The notes beneath the pieces are model-generated. The model had not been told where the DNA came from and did no database searches. It saw nothing but the letters and a program-made list of their open reading frames with translations. DNA of 33,707 nucleotides from an uncultured delta proteobacterium (GTDB lineage Bacteria > Myxococcota_A > Bradymonadia > REDH01): positions 1-33,707 of the forward strand of contig CAIQPA010000047.1 of NCBI GenBank assembly GCA_903873545.1. Reading direction: 5' to 3'. Position numbers and translations under genes: made by a program. How positions within the stretch are numbered: the first letter of the stretch is position 1; the number at the start of each line of letters is the position of its first letter. Shown here piece by piece: positions 14,716 through 23,281 of this stretch.

Positions 14716-17700
14716 ATGCGCCGTTCCTGGGCCCTTGTTCAGTACACCATTACCGCGCTGGCGCTTGTCGCCGGTTTTGCCCTCAGCATCCGATTCAGCG
14801 ACCGCGGCTACGTGCTGGACGCCGAGGCTGGCAGCCCGCTCGCGACCGCGACGGTCACCGAGGGGGACTACGACCTGACGAGCCTGCGGCTGCTGAGCCG
14901 CGTCGCGCTGCAGATCACCAACAGCTACGTGGAACCGGAGCGCATCGACGGCAAGAAGATGCTGGTCCGGGCCATCGACCGGGTGCAGAAGACGGTGCCC
15001 GAACTGGTCGCCATCTTCTCCTCCGACATGGACAAGAACCCCGCGTCGGTCGAGATCCGCATCGGCACGCAGAAGAAGGTCTTCGACATCTCGAAGGTAC
15101 AGTCGCCTTGGGAGGTCCCGCTGCATCTGCGGCAGATCTTCAGCTTCATCGGGCCCCACATCGATACCGAAGAGACCAAGTTGCAGGAGGTCGAGTACGC
15201 GGCGGTCAACGGCATGCTCGATACGCTCGACCCCCACACAACGCTGCTGACGCCCGACGTCTACGACGACATGAAGAACAGCAACCGGGGCAACTTCGGT
15301 GGCTTGGGCATCGTCATCTCGATCCGCGGCGGCGAACTCACCGTGATCTCGCCCATGCCCGACACCCCTGCCGGCCGGGCCGGTATCAAGTCCGGCGACA
15401 AGATTCTGAAGATCAACGAAGACTCCACCATCAACATGCCGCTGGACGAGGCGGTCGGCAGACTCCGCGGACCGCCGGGCACCACCGTCACGGTGGAGTT
15501 CATGCGCCACGGCTGGTCGGAAGCCCACAAGTACACCTTCGAGCGCGAGGAGATCGAGGTGCAGTCGGTCACCAGCAAGGCGCTGGCAAACAACATCGGC
15601 TACGTGCAGGTGCGCGGCTTTCAGGGCAACACGGCCCGCGAAGTCGGCGATGCTGTGAACGCGCTGTCCAAAGAGATGGGTGGCATGAAGGGGCTCGTCC
15701 TCGACCTGCGAAACAACCCGGGTGGGCTCCTTCGCGAGGCCATCAGCATCTCCGACCTCTTCCTCGAGTCGGGCACCATCGTCACCACCGTCGGCGAGGC
15801 CGACAAGCTGCGCGACGAGGTCCGCGCGAACCGTGCCGGGACCCAGCCCAACTACCCGCTGGTGCTGCTGATGAACCCCGGCTCGGCCTCCGCGAGCGAG
15901 GTCGTCGCGGGCGCCCTCAAGAACAACGACCGCGCCATCGTCGTCGGCGAGCGGAGCTTCGGCAAAGGCAGCGTTCAGAATGTGCTCGAAATGGACGACG
16001 GTTCGGCCCTCAAGTTGACCATCGCGCAGTATCTCACGCCGGGCCGCAACGGCTCTCCCAACGGCGTCTCCATTCAGGGCGTCGGCATCGTCCCCGATGT
16101 GCAGCTTGTCCCGGTCTCCATCACCGACAAGGCGGTCGACCTCTACCCGAGCACCGAGGTGCTCCGTGAGGGTGACCTCGAGACCCACCTCGCCTCCTCC
16201 CACACCGCCACCGAGCAGGAGCTGCCGAGCTCTGTCATCAAGTACTACCACGAGCCGGAGGAGGCCGACCCGGAGGCCATTAACGACCCGAATGAGTTCA
16301 AGCTCGACATGGAGATCACCATCGCCCACGACATGCTGGTTGCGGCCGGTCCCGTCTGGGAGCGCTCCGCGGTGCTCGCCAAGGCGCAGCCAGCCATCGA
16401 CAAGCTGGCACAGCAGCAGGCCGAAGAGATCCGTCTCAAGCTCGTGAAGCAGAAGATTGACTGGAGCCGCGCCGACAACGTGATCCAGCCCATCAAACTC
16501 CAGATCACCAGCGATCACCCCAACAATCAGGTGACGGTCGGCGAGAAGATCAAGCTCACCGTCTCGGCAACCAACCTCGGCAACCGGCCCCTCTCGCAGG
16601 TGCGCGCCGTCAGCGAGAGCAGCTACGAAGCCTTCACCGACCAGGAGTGGATCTTCGGCCGCGTGGAGCCCGGCGCCACTGCCACTTGGACGGTCGAGGT
16701 CACCGTACCGCAGGAAGACACCACCCGGGTCGACGAGATCCGGTTCAAGGCCTTCGCCGACGAGATCGACCTGGGCAGTTCGGCCTCGGCCTTCATCCGC
16801 GTGGAGGGCAAGCCGCGGCCCCAGTTCGGCTTCTCCTACTGGATCGACGACTCCGAGAGCGGCAACAGCGATGGCCTCCTTCAGGTGGGCGAGAGCGTGA
16901 AGTTCCACATGCTGGTTCGGAACACGGGCGGCGGCGAGGCCGGCAAGGTCAACTTCAACATCCGCAACAAGTCGGAGAGCGCCGTCTTCATCACCAACGG
17001 CCGCGGCAACGCCCCCAAGCTCGGCGTCGGCGAGGAGCACACCTCCATCTTTGACTTCTCGGTCCGTTCGCGTCCTGCCGACGGGAGCATCAAACTCGAC
17101 GCTGAGGTCTTCGACACGGACTACATCGAGCTCCTCCGCGAGACCCTCTCCATCCCCGTCGACGAGGCCGGCGCTGCCACCCCCACTGCAACCGCCAACG
17201 CCTCCGCCGAGGTCGCGTCGCGTCGCGCGCCCATCTACGCCGGCGCCATGATCGGCACGCCGATGCTCACAGAGGTAGAGGCAGGCGCCATCCTCCGCGT
17301 CGTCGGCCAGCGCACCGACTGGTTCCGCGTAGAGCTCGAGAAGGCCCGCTTCGGCTGGGTCCCGGCCGCTGCCGTGAAGCTCCGCGCAAAGCCCGCGCCG
17401 ACCTCCGTTCACCCGCCGATGCTCCTGCAGTTCCAGGCCCCCTTCATCGACCTCAAGGCTGGCCCCTCCATCACCGATCAGGCCTCCATCACCATCTCCG
17501 GCGTGGTCAGCGACGACCACCTCGTGAAGGACCTCTACATCTTCGTGGAGAATGAATCGTCGCCCTTCAACCCCCAGTCGGTGAAGCGCGCCTACGAGTC
17601 GATCGACCTCATGTCTTCGCCCTTCAGCGCCGAGATTCCGCTGCGGCCGGGCTACAACCGCATCCTCCTGGTGGCTCGCGACAACGACAAGGCGACCACC

Positions 17701-17748
17701 TCTGAGGTCAGCCACATCTACCGCAGCAAGAGCGCGAATGCGCCTTAA
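14716..17748 (+). CDS. Membrane-anchored S41 C-terminal processing peptidase (PDZ-containing) with a C-terminal extension of about 540 aa (two CARDB/Ig-like modules, an SH3b-like domain and a terminal beta domain)
   Basis: ATG at 14716; the longer ORF from 14467 overlaps nif3. N-terminal anchor 'WALVQYTITALALVAGFALSI'. PDZ 'GGLGIVISIRGGELTVISPMPDTPAGRAGIKSGDKILKIN'. S41 motifs 'LDLRNNPGGLL', 'GSASASEVVAGAL' (Ser nucleophile) and 'GERSFGKGSVQ' (Lys). SH3b-like 'APIYAGAMIGTPMLTEVEAGAILRVVGQRTDWFRVELEKARFGWVP'. Confidence 0.9.
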   Translation: MRRSWALVQYTITALALVAGFALSIRFSDRGYVLDAEAGSPLATATVTEGDYDLTSLRLLSRVALQITNSYVEPERIDGKKMLVRAIDRVQKTVPELVAIFSSDMDKNPASVEIRIGTQKKVFDISKVQSPWEVPLHLRQIFSFIGPHIDTEETKLQEVEYAAVNGMLDTLDPHTTLLTPDVYDDMKNSNRGNFGGLGIVISIRGGELTVISPMPDTPAGRAGIKSGDKILKINEDSTINMPLDEAVGRLRGPPGTTVTVEFMRHGWSEAHKYTFEREEIEVQSVTSKALANNIGYVQVRGFQGNTAREVGDAVNALSKEMGGMKGLVLDLRNNPGGLLREAISISDLFLESGTIVTTVGEADKLRDEVRANRAGTQPNYPLVLLMNPGSASASEVVAGALKNNDRAIVVGERSFGKGSVQNVLEMDDGSALKLTIAQYLTPGRNGSPNGVSIQGVGIVPDVQLVPVSITDKAVDLYPSTEVLREGDLETHLASSHTATEQELPSSVIKYYHEPEEADPEAINDPNEFKLDMEITIAHDMLVAAGPVWERSAVLAKAQPAIDKLAQQQAEEIRLKLVKQKIDWSRADNVIQPIKLQITSDHPNNQVTVGEKIKLTVSATNLGNRPLSQVRAVSESSYEAFTDQEWIFGRVEPGATATWTVEVTVPQEDTTRVDEIRFKAFADEIDLGSSASAFIRVEGKPRPQFGFSYWIDDSESGNSDGLLQVGESVKFHMLVRNTGGGEAGKVNFNIRNKSESAVFITNGRGNAPKLGVGEEHTSIFDFSVRSRPADGSIKLDAEVFDTDYIELLRETLSIPVDEAGAATPTATANASAEVASRRAPIYAGAMIGTPMLTEVEAGAILRVVGQRTDWFRVELEKARFGWVPAAAVKLRAKPAPTSVHPPMLLQFQAPFIDLKAGPSITDQASITISGVVSDDHLVKDLYIFVENESSPFNPQSVKRAYESIDLMSSPFSAEIPLRPGYNRILLVARDNDKATTSEVSHIYRSKSANAP

Positions 17749-19018
17749 CCGCAAAGACTCGAAGTTTGAGGCCATCCGCCTCGGCCAGCTGCAGAATGGC
17801 CTCTCCTACGCGCTCTGGCCCGACTCGCGCGACGCTGTTGCGACGCTGCAGATCTGGGTCTCGGTAGGTTCGCGCGACGAGGCCAACGGAAAGACCGGCC
17901 TTGCCCACATGCTCGAGCACCTCATGTTCCGCGGCAGCGCCACCGTCCCCGACGGCGAGTTCGACCGCCGCATGGAGTCGCTCGGTGCGCAGGTCAACGC
18001 CGCCACCTGGCTCGACTACACCTACTACACCACCACGGTGCATGCAGCCGCGCTGCCCGAGGTGCTGGAGCTCGAAGCCGACCGATTCGCCCATCTGCTC
18101 ATCACCCAGGAGGTCTTCCGCGCCGAGCGGGAGGTGGTGGCCAACGAGCGCCGGCAGGTTGTCGAATCGGACCCCGAGTCCATGATGATGGAGCGGTTCT
18201 ACCGCGAGATCTACGGCGAGTCCTGTTACGGCTGGCCCACGATTGGCTGGAGCGACGACATCGCCGGCTACCGTGCCGAAGATGCTCAGGCCTTCCATCA
18301 GGAGGCCTACGCGCCGAGCCGTCTCTTTATCTCCATCGCGGGCGCAGTCGACCCGTCCCAGACACTCGCGCTGCTCGAGCGGACCTTGGGCAGCCTGACG
18401 CCGCGCGAGAGCGTTCGGCCGCAGCGGGAGGTGGCGCTTTCGGAGAGCTTCTGCCGGACGATGACCCTGCCGGTCGCCGCTCCGCGCGTGAATCTGGCCT
18501 GGCCCACCGAGGGCCGCCGCGCGACGAGTTTTGCGGTCTGGTGCCTGCTCCACGACCTGCTCAGCGGTGGCGACTCTGCCCTGCTGCCGGCGGCGCTGGA
18601 GGTGAACGAGAAGCTCGTGCTCGATGTGAATGCGAGCCAGTATGACCACGCCCTGCCCTCGCTCTTCGAGATCAGCGCGACCCTCCGCCAGGGCGTTGGG
18701 CCCGAGCGCATCCGGCAGGCTGTTGACGCGGTGCTGATGAAGCTGGCCGAGTCAGGACCGACCGAGGACGACATGGTCGTGGCCAAGACCCGGCTGCGCG
18801 CTCAGGACGCGCTATCGCTCGCCGGAACCTACGCCCGCGCCGAGGACCTCGGCGAGAGCTGGATCGCCTTCGGCGACCCGCTCGCCGGTCTCCGACTTCG
18901 AGACGAGATTGTGGCTGTCACGGCCGCAGAGATTCGCGGGCTTGCGCATCGGATGCTCCATGAGCTCCCGCGCTACGAGCTCGTCGTGCTGCCCACAGGC
19001 AGTGTTGAGGCAGCATGA
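17738..19018 (+). CDS. M16-family zinc peptidase, catalytically competent subunit
   Basis: ATG at 17738 overlaps the S41 gene by 11 nt. Inverted zinc motif 'HMLEHLMFRGS' (HxxEH) and downstream 'AEREVVANERR' (distal Glu ligand region). No signal peptide is evident. Confidence 0.88.
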   Translation: MRLNRKDSKFEAIRLGQLQNGLSYALWPDSRDAVATLQIWVSVGSRDEANGKTGLAHMLEHLMFRGSATVPDGEFDRRMESLGAQVNAATWLDYTYYTTTVHAAALPEVLELEADRFAHLLITQEVFRAEREVVANERRQVVESDPESMMMERFYREIYGESCYGWPTIGWSDDIAGYRAEDAQAFHQEAYAPSRLFISIAGAVDPSQTLALLERTLGSLTPRESVRPQREVALSESFCRTMTLPVAAPRVNLAWPTEGRRATSFAVWCLLHDLLSGGDSALLPAALEVNEKLVLDVNASQYDHALPSLFEISATLRQGVGPERIRQAVDAVLMKLAESGPTEDDMVVAKTRLRAQDALSLAGTYARAEDLGESWIAFGDPLAGLRLRDEIVAVTAAEIRGLAHRMLHELPRYELVVLPTGSVEAA

Positions 19019-20343
19019 TCCAGATTCCGAGATTTGATGTGGCGCTTGAGCCACTGCCGGGCTTGGACCGGATGGTACTCTCCGGCGGCCCCTCGTTCGG
19101 TATCGTCAGCATCCGGATCCACTTCGACCATGGTACGGCCAGCGAGCCCGACGAGGTCTCAGGCCTGCTCGATGTCGCGCTCACCATGCTCGATCGCGGC
19201 ACCCACAGCATGCCCCGCCTCGTCCTCAGCCGCGCCTTCGAACGGCTCGGCGCGAGCCTCGGCGTGCGTGCCTTCCGCACCTCCTGGTATGTCGACCTGA
19301 CCGTGCTTGAGGAGTACCTCGACCAGGCACTCGACCTGCTCCTCGCCTACCTTACGGACTCGGCCTTCGACGCCGACGAACTGAGCGACGTACTGACCGA
19401 AGCGGAGGAGGAGGCAGAGACGGCGCTCGAAGATCCGAGCGGCATCCTGGCACGCATGAACGGCCCTGTGCTCTGGAGCGGTACGGCCTGGGAGCATCAC
19501 CCCGACGGCCGCGTCGAGACCAGGCGCCGCATCAGGGCGGAGATGCTCGCGCCGCGCATGCTTGAGGCGCTCGGCGCCAAGGCTGTCGCAGGCATCGCGG
19601 CCGAAGATCCGGGCCGCCACGCCAAAGCGGTCGCCGGCTGGATGGCCAAGCTCCGGGCGCTGGTACCTGTGAACAAGAGCGAGAAGGTGCGGCGACCGCC
19701 TATTCGGACCGGAGCGGTGAGCGCGGCCAGAACCCGTGGTGGCGCACAGGCGGCCCTCATGCTGAGTGCACCCGCGCCCTCGAGCCTCGACGAGAGTTGG
19801 GACGCCGTGGTTCTCCACAACGCAGCCTTCGGTTCGGGCTTCATGACGCCTCTCGTGCAGCGTGTGCGCGGCAAAGAGGGGCTCTCTTACGGCATAGGGA
19901 GCACGCTCGTGCCCGACCGCGAGGAGTCGCTCTTCGCAGTGCAGTGCTCGCCGCAGGGGAGCAAGGCCGCCTACACGGCCTCGGTCTGCCTCGACGCATG
20001 GGAGCGCTTCGTCGAGACGCCCATGACCGACAGCTACCTCGATCAGGTGAAGTCCTTCTACCTCGGCACGCTGCTGATGCGGGCCGAGACAGTGCGTCAG
20101 CGCATGGGGCAGGCGGTGCAGTATGCAGCATCGAATCGTCCCGTGAGCGAGCTGTGGGAGCATCCGCAGAGACTCTCGGAGCTCGACGCAGCATCCGTCA
20201 GCGCGGTGGCGTCACGCTACGGCTTTGGCACCGGCAGCTACATCGTTGTCTGTGCCCTCCCCAAGGGCATCTCCGACCCCGGCTGGAAGCGCCACTTCGA
20301 TGCGCTCCCGCGCGAAGGCGTCCATCTGCGCCGCCTCCGCTGA
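19015..20343 (+). CDS. M16-family peptidase-like protein, non-catalytic subunit (no HxxEH)
   Basis: ATGA start/stop overlap at 19015-19018. The protein has M16-like length and pattern, but the position equivalent to HxxEH reads 'LLDVALTMLDRGT'. No signal peptide is evident. Confidence 0.75.
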   Translation: MIQIPRFDVALEPLPGLDRMVLSGGPSFGIVSIRIHFDHGTASEPDEVSGLLDVALTMLDRGTHSMPRLVLSRAFERLGASLGVRAFRTSWYVDLTVLEEYLDQALDLLLAYLTDSAFDADELSDVLTEAEEEAETALEDPSGILARMNGPVLWSGTAWEHHPDGRVETRRRIRAEMLAPRMLEALGAKAVAGIAAEDPGRHAKAVAGWMAKLRALVPVNKSEKVRRPPIRTGAVSAARTRGGAQAALMLSAPAPSSLDESWDAVVLHNAAFGSGFMTPLVQRVRGKEGLSYGIGSTLVPDREESLFAVQCSPQGSKAAYTASVCLDAWERFVETPMTDSYLDQVKSFYLGTLLMRAETVRQRMGQAVQYAASNRPVSELWEHPQRLSELDAASVSAVASRYGFGTGSYIVVCALPKGISDPGWKRHFDALPREGVHLRRLR

Positions 20344-20433
20344 CCAACACTGCGGAAGATTGGTGCAAGTGCCGCATCCTGTGGCCACTGCGAGCATCCA
20401 AGCAGGCAGGCTTCGCTTGCCAACAGGGGCAAG

Positions 20434-21555
20434 ATGAGCCAAGCACGGCGCCCTGCCGAGCACCTCGCCCGCGGCCTTCGGTCGCTCCTCTGCCATGGAC
20501 CAGTTTCGATGGATCGCACCGCATCACTTGAGGCGCTCGAACGTGCCGCCGAACGCGGCTCATCGGGCCGGATCCGGGAGGATGTGAGCTCGCTGACGGC
20601 CTTCCTCGAGACCGAACTCGATGAGGTCGCGGCATCGCTCCCCGCGTCGCTCCCGCTCACCGTCCATCCGCTCGCGGAGACGGGTCGCCACCTCATCGAG
20701 GCTGGCGGGAAACGGCTCCGTCCCATGCTGGTGCTCCTTGCTGCCCACCTCGCAGGCACGCGCGGGGAGGATGCCATCAAGTTGGCCTGCTCCGGCGAAC
20801 TGGTGCACCTTGCCACCCTGTTGCACGACGATGTGGTGGACGAGGGCACTGTCCGCCGCGGACGCCCAGCGCCGCGCATGGTCTGGTCCAACACGGCGAG
20901 CGTGCTCGGCGGAGACTATGCGCTCACGCGGGCGCTCGACCTCGTCGCCTCCGTCCCGTCGCAGGCTCCGCTCAAAGAGGCCATCTCCACACTCCGGCTT
21001 CTGGTCGAAGGCGAGATGCTGCAGCTGCAACAGCGGCATACGCCAGCGCCCACAGAGGCCGCCTACCTCGAGGTGGCGGAGCGAAAGACCGCCAGCCTCT
21101 TCGTCTGGTGCTGCCGCGCGCCGGTGCACCTCACAGACAACCCCGCACTGCTGGAGGCCATGACCACCTTTGGCAGGTCGCTCGGCCTCTGCTTCCAGAT
21201 GGTCGACGACATTCTCGACCTTGAGGCCGACGAGGCGGCGCTGGGCAAGCAGCTCCTCGTCGATCTGGCCGGCGGCAAGGCAACGCTGCCCGTCATTCTC
21301 GGCATGGAGCGCGACCCATCGCTCCGGCAGGCCTGGCTTAGACTTGCAGAGCTGCAGACAGCCAACGAAGAGGCAAGCGAGGCCGCCTCCGACTTCGCAC
21401 ATGCAGTCCGTGCCTCGGGCGGCATCGAGGCCGCGAGAGAGCGCGCGCGCGGGGAGGCTGCAGAGGCGCGCCGCGCCCTACTCCGGCTGCCAGACAGTGA
21501 GGCGCGCGCCCACCTTCTCACGATGACGGACGGGCTGGTCTCGCGCATCCGATAG
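20434..21555 (+). CDS. trans-Polyprenyl diphosphate synthase (IspB/GGPPS family)
   Basis: First and second aspartate-rich motifs are present: 'LLHDDVVDEG' and 'FQMVDDILD'. 'GKRLRP' is also present. The start is uncertain: ATG 20434 has AGGGG upstream, and an in-frame ATG at 20509 is the alternative. Confidence 0.85.
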   Translation: MSQARRPAEHLARGLRSLLCHGPVSMDRTASLEALERAAERGSSGRIREDVSSLTAFLETELDEVAASLPASLPLTVHPLAETGRHLIEAGGKRLRPMLVLLAAHLAGTRGEDAIKLACSGELVHLATLLHDDVVDEGTVRRGRPAPRMVWSNTASVLGGDYALTRALDLVASVPSQAPLKEAISTLRLLVEGEMLQLQQRHTPAPTEAAYLEVAERKTASLFVWCCRAPVHLTDNPALLEAMTTFGRSLGLCFQMVDDILDLEADEAALGKQLLVDLAGGKATLPVILGMERDPSLRQAWLRLAELQTANEEASEAASDFAHAVRASGGIEAARERARGEAAEARRALLRLPDSEARAHLLTMTDGLVSRIR

Positions 21556-21623
21556 AGGGCGTGCTTGACCGCCACACCGGTGCGCCGTAACCGAGCGGCC
21601 CTTCCGAACTTTGCCCGGTAGCC

Positions 21624-22151
21624 ATGCGCGACCCTGCTCCCCAACACCCCGCGCTCGAGCGGCGCTCCGTGCGGGTCATCCTCGCGCAGAATGCTGCACG
21701 GCTGGCTCGCGCCCGCATCATCAAGTTCGGGGTCGTGGGCGCCTCAGGGGTTGCCGTCAACCTGCTCATCGCCGGAGCCGTCAGCGACCTCATGGTGCGT
21801 GAAGGATTCAGCATCGGGAGCGCGACACCTGCGGCCCTCGTCGCCGGCATCGTGGTCTCCATCTTTACCAACTTTCTCTTCAACGACGGCTGGACCTGGG
21901 CCGATCAGCGCGGCGCTGAGGCCTGGCTCGTCCGCTGCCGCAAGTTCTACCTCACCAGCGCCGGCGCCGCCCTTCTCCAGTGGGCCATGTCGCTGCTCAT
22001 TCACCATTTCTACCTGCCCACCGAGGGCTTCTGGTTCCTCAGTGCAGATGCCCTGAGGCTGAAGGTCGCAGCCTGCGTCGCCATCCTCATCGCGATGCCG
22101 GTGAACTTCCTCGTCAACCACTTCTGGACCTTCCGGCGCGCGAAGACCTAA
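21624..22151 (+). CDS. GtrA-family membrane protein (polyprenyl-phosphate-sugar handling)
   Basis: 175 aa with four hydrophobic segments. 'IKFGVVGASGVAVNLLI' and the C-terminal 'NFLVNHFWTFR' are typical of GtrA-like proteins. Confidence 0.75.
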   Translation: MRDPAPQHPALERRSVRVILAQNAARLARARIIKFGVVGASGVAVNLLIAGAVSDLMVREGFSIGSATPAALVAGIVVSIFTNFLFNDGWTWADQRGAEAWLVRCRKFYLTSAGAALLQWAMSLLIHHFYLPTEGFWFLSADALRLKVAACVAILIAMPVNFLVNHFWTFRRAKT

Positions 22152-22163
22152 CGCGCCGCGGCA

Positions 22164-22186
22164 CCTTCTGCGCTCGACGCAGGAGG
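22164..22186 (+). terminator. Stem-loop 13 nt after the gtrA-like stop
   Basis: CCTTCTGCG-ctcga-CGCAGGAGG: 9 bp including one G-U pair, with a 5-nt loop. No U-tract follows. Confidence 0.2.
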
Positions 22187-22231
22187 CGAACTCGGCCAAG
22201 AAGGACACATCGGGTCGCCACAGAGTCCTCC

Positions 22232-23281
22232 ATGTCCGGCTATCTCTATCGCGAAGCACGTCCCGACGACCTCGATGGCGTCGTGCGGCTCGCCGCCCAC
22301 CTCGACTCGCTCAATCTGCCGGCCGATACAGCGGCAATCGCCGCGATGATCGATGCGTCGGTGAGCTCCTTCGAGCGCAACGACCCCGACGACCGAACGG
22401 GCCGCTTCCTCTTTGTTCTCGAACGGACCAGCGACGGCATGCTGCTCGGGACCTCCATGATTGTGGCCTCGCACGGCACCACCGACGACCCGCATCATGC
22501 CTTCCGCGTTGATGTGGAAGAGCGTTACAGCGAGTCGCTCGGCGAGCTCTTCGCCCACCAGACGCTCACCCTTGTCCAGTCCTACCGACCCCACACCGAG
22601 CTCGGCGCGCTGGTGCTGCACCCCGACTTCCGCGGCCATCCCGACCGGCTCGGCCAGGGGCTCTCCTTTGTCCGTTTCCTCTTCATGGCGCTCCACCCGG
22701 ACAGGTTTCACGAGCGGGTGGAGGCGGAGCTGCTGCCGCCGCTCGAGGCCGACGGTTCGAGCCTGCTCTGGGAATGGCTCGGCCGCCCCTTCACGCGCCT
22801 CAGCTACCGCGACGCAGACCGCCTCTCGCGGGGCAACCGCGAGTTCATCCGTTCGCTCTTCCCCCGCACCCCCATCCATACCTCGCTCGCGCCGGCCGAG
22901 GTGCAGGCGGTCATCGGCGCGGTCGGTGCGCAGACGCTCGGTGTGGCACGGATGCTGCGCGCCGCCGGCTTCCGTTTCAACCTCCACATCGACCCCTTCG
23001 ACGGCGGCCCCCACTTCGAGGCACAGCGGGCAGACATCCTGCCGCTGCAGCAGGCCCACACGCGCTCCTTCGCAGGCTTGACCTCGGCCGCTGACGCTCC
23101 CAAGAGGCTGATCACACGGGTCGGCGAGCGCCCCTTCCGCGCCGCGCTCGGCGCCTGGGTCGAGACAGCCGATGGCGCCCTCGTCGACGCCGACACCGCC
23201 ATAGAACTCGGTCTGCAGCAGGGCGACCTCCTGCTCGGTCTGCCGCTCACCTCACCACGACAGCACGAGAACCCACGATGA
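22232..23281 (+). CDS. astA: Arginine/ornithine N-succinyltransferase family protein
   Basis: ATG at 22232; the longer ORF from 21980 overlaps gtrA. It aligns by eye with E. coli AstA: 'LSFVRFLFMALHPDRF' versus 'LSKSRFMFMAAFRDKF', and 'IDPFDGGPHFEA' versus 'IDIFDGGPTLEC'. Confidence 0.82.
   Translation: MSGYLYREARPDDLDGVVRLAAHLDSLNLPADTAAIAAMIDASVSSFERNDPDDRTGRFLFVLERTSDGMLLGTSMIVASHGTTDDPHHAFRVDVEERYSESLGELFAHQTLTLVQSYRPHTELGALVLHPDFRGHPDRLGQGLSFVRFLFMALHPDRFHERVEAELLPPLEADGSSLLWEWLGRPFTRLSYRDADRLSRGNREFIRSLFPRTPIHTSLAPAEVQAVIGAVGAQTLGVARMLRAAGFRFNLHIDPFDGGPHFEAQRADILPLQQAHTRSFAGLTSAADAPKRLITRVGERPFRAALGAWVETADGALVDADTAIELGLQQGDLLLGLPLTSPRQHENPR

Noticed and set aside
14566-17775. Very long minus-strand ORF (1069 aa) antisense to the S41 peptidase gene
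   Set aside because: The plus strand carries unambiguous PDZ and S41 catalytic motifs, while the antisense product is low-complexity (G/V/D/L/R-rich). It is a shadow ORF of a high-GC gene.
20361-20375. Sigma-54-like promoter TGGTGC-N5-CCGC upstream of the polyprenyl synthase gene
   Set aside because: Only the GG and GC dinucleotides are at the right spacing and the flanking consensus bases are wrong. Such matches are frequent by chance in GC-rich DNA.
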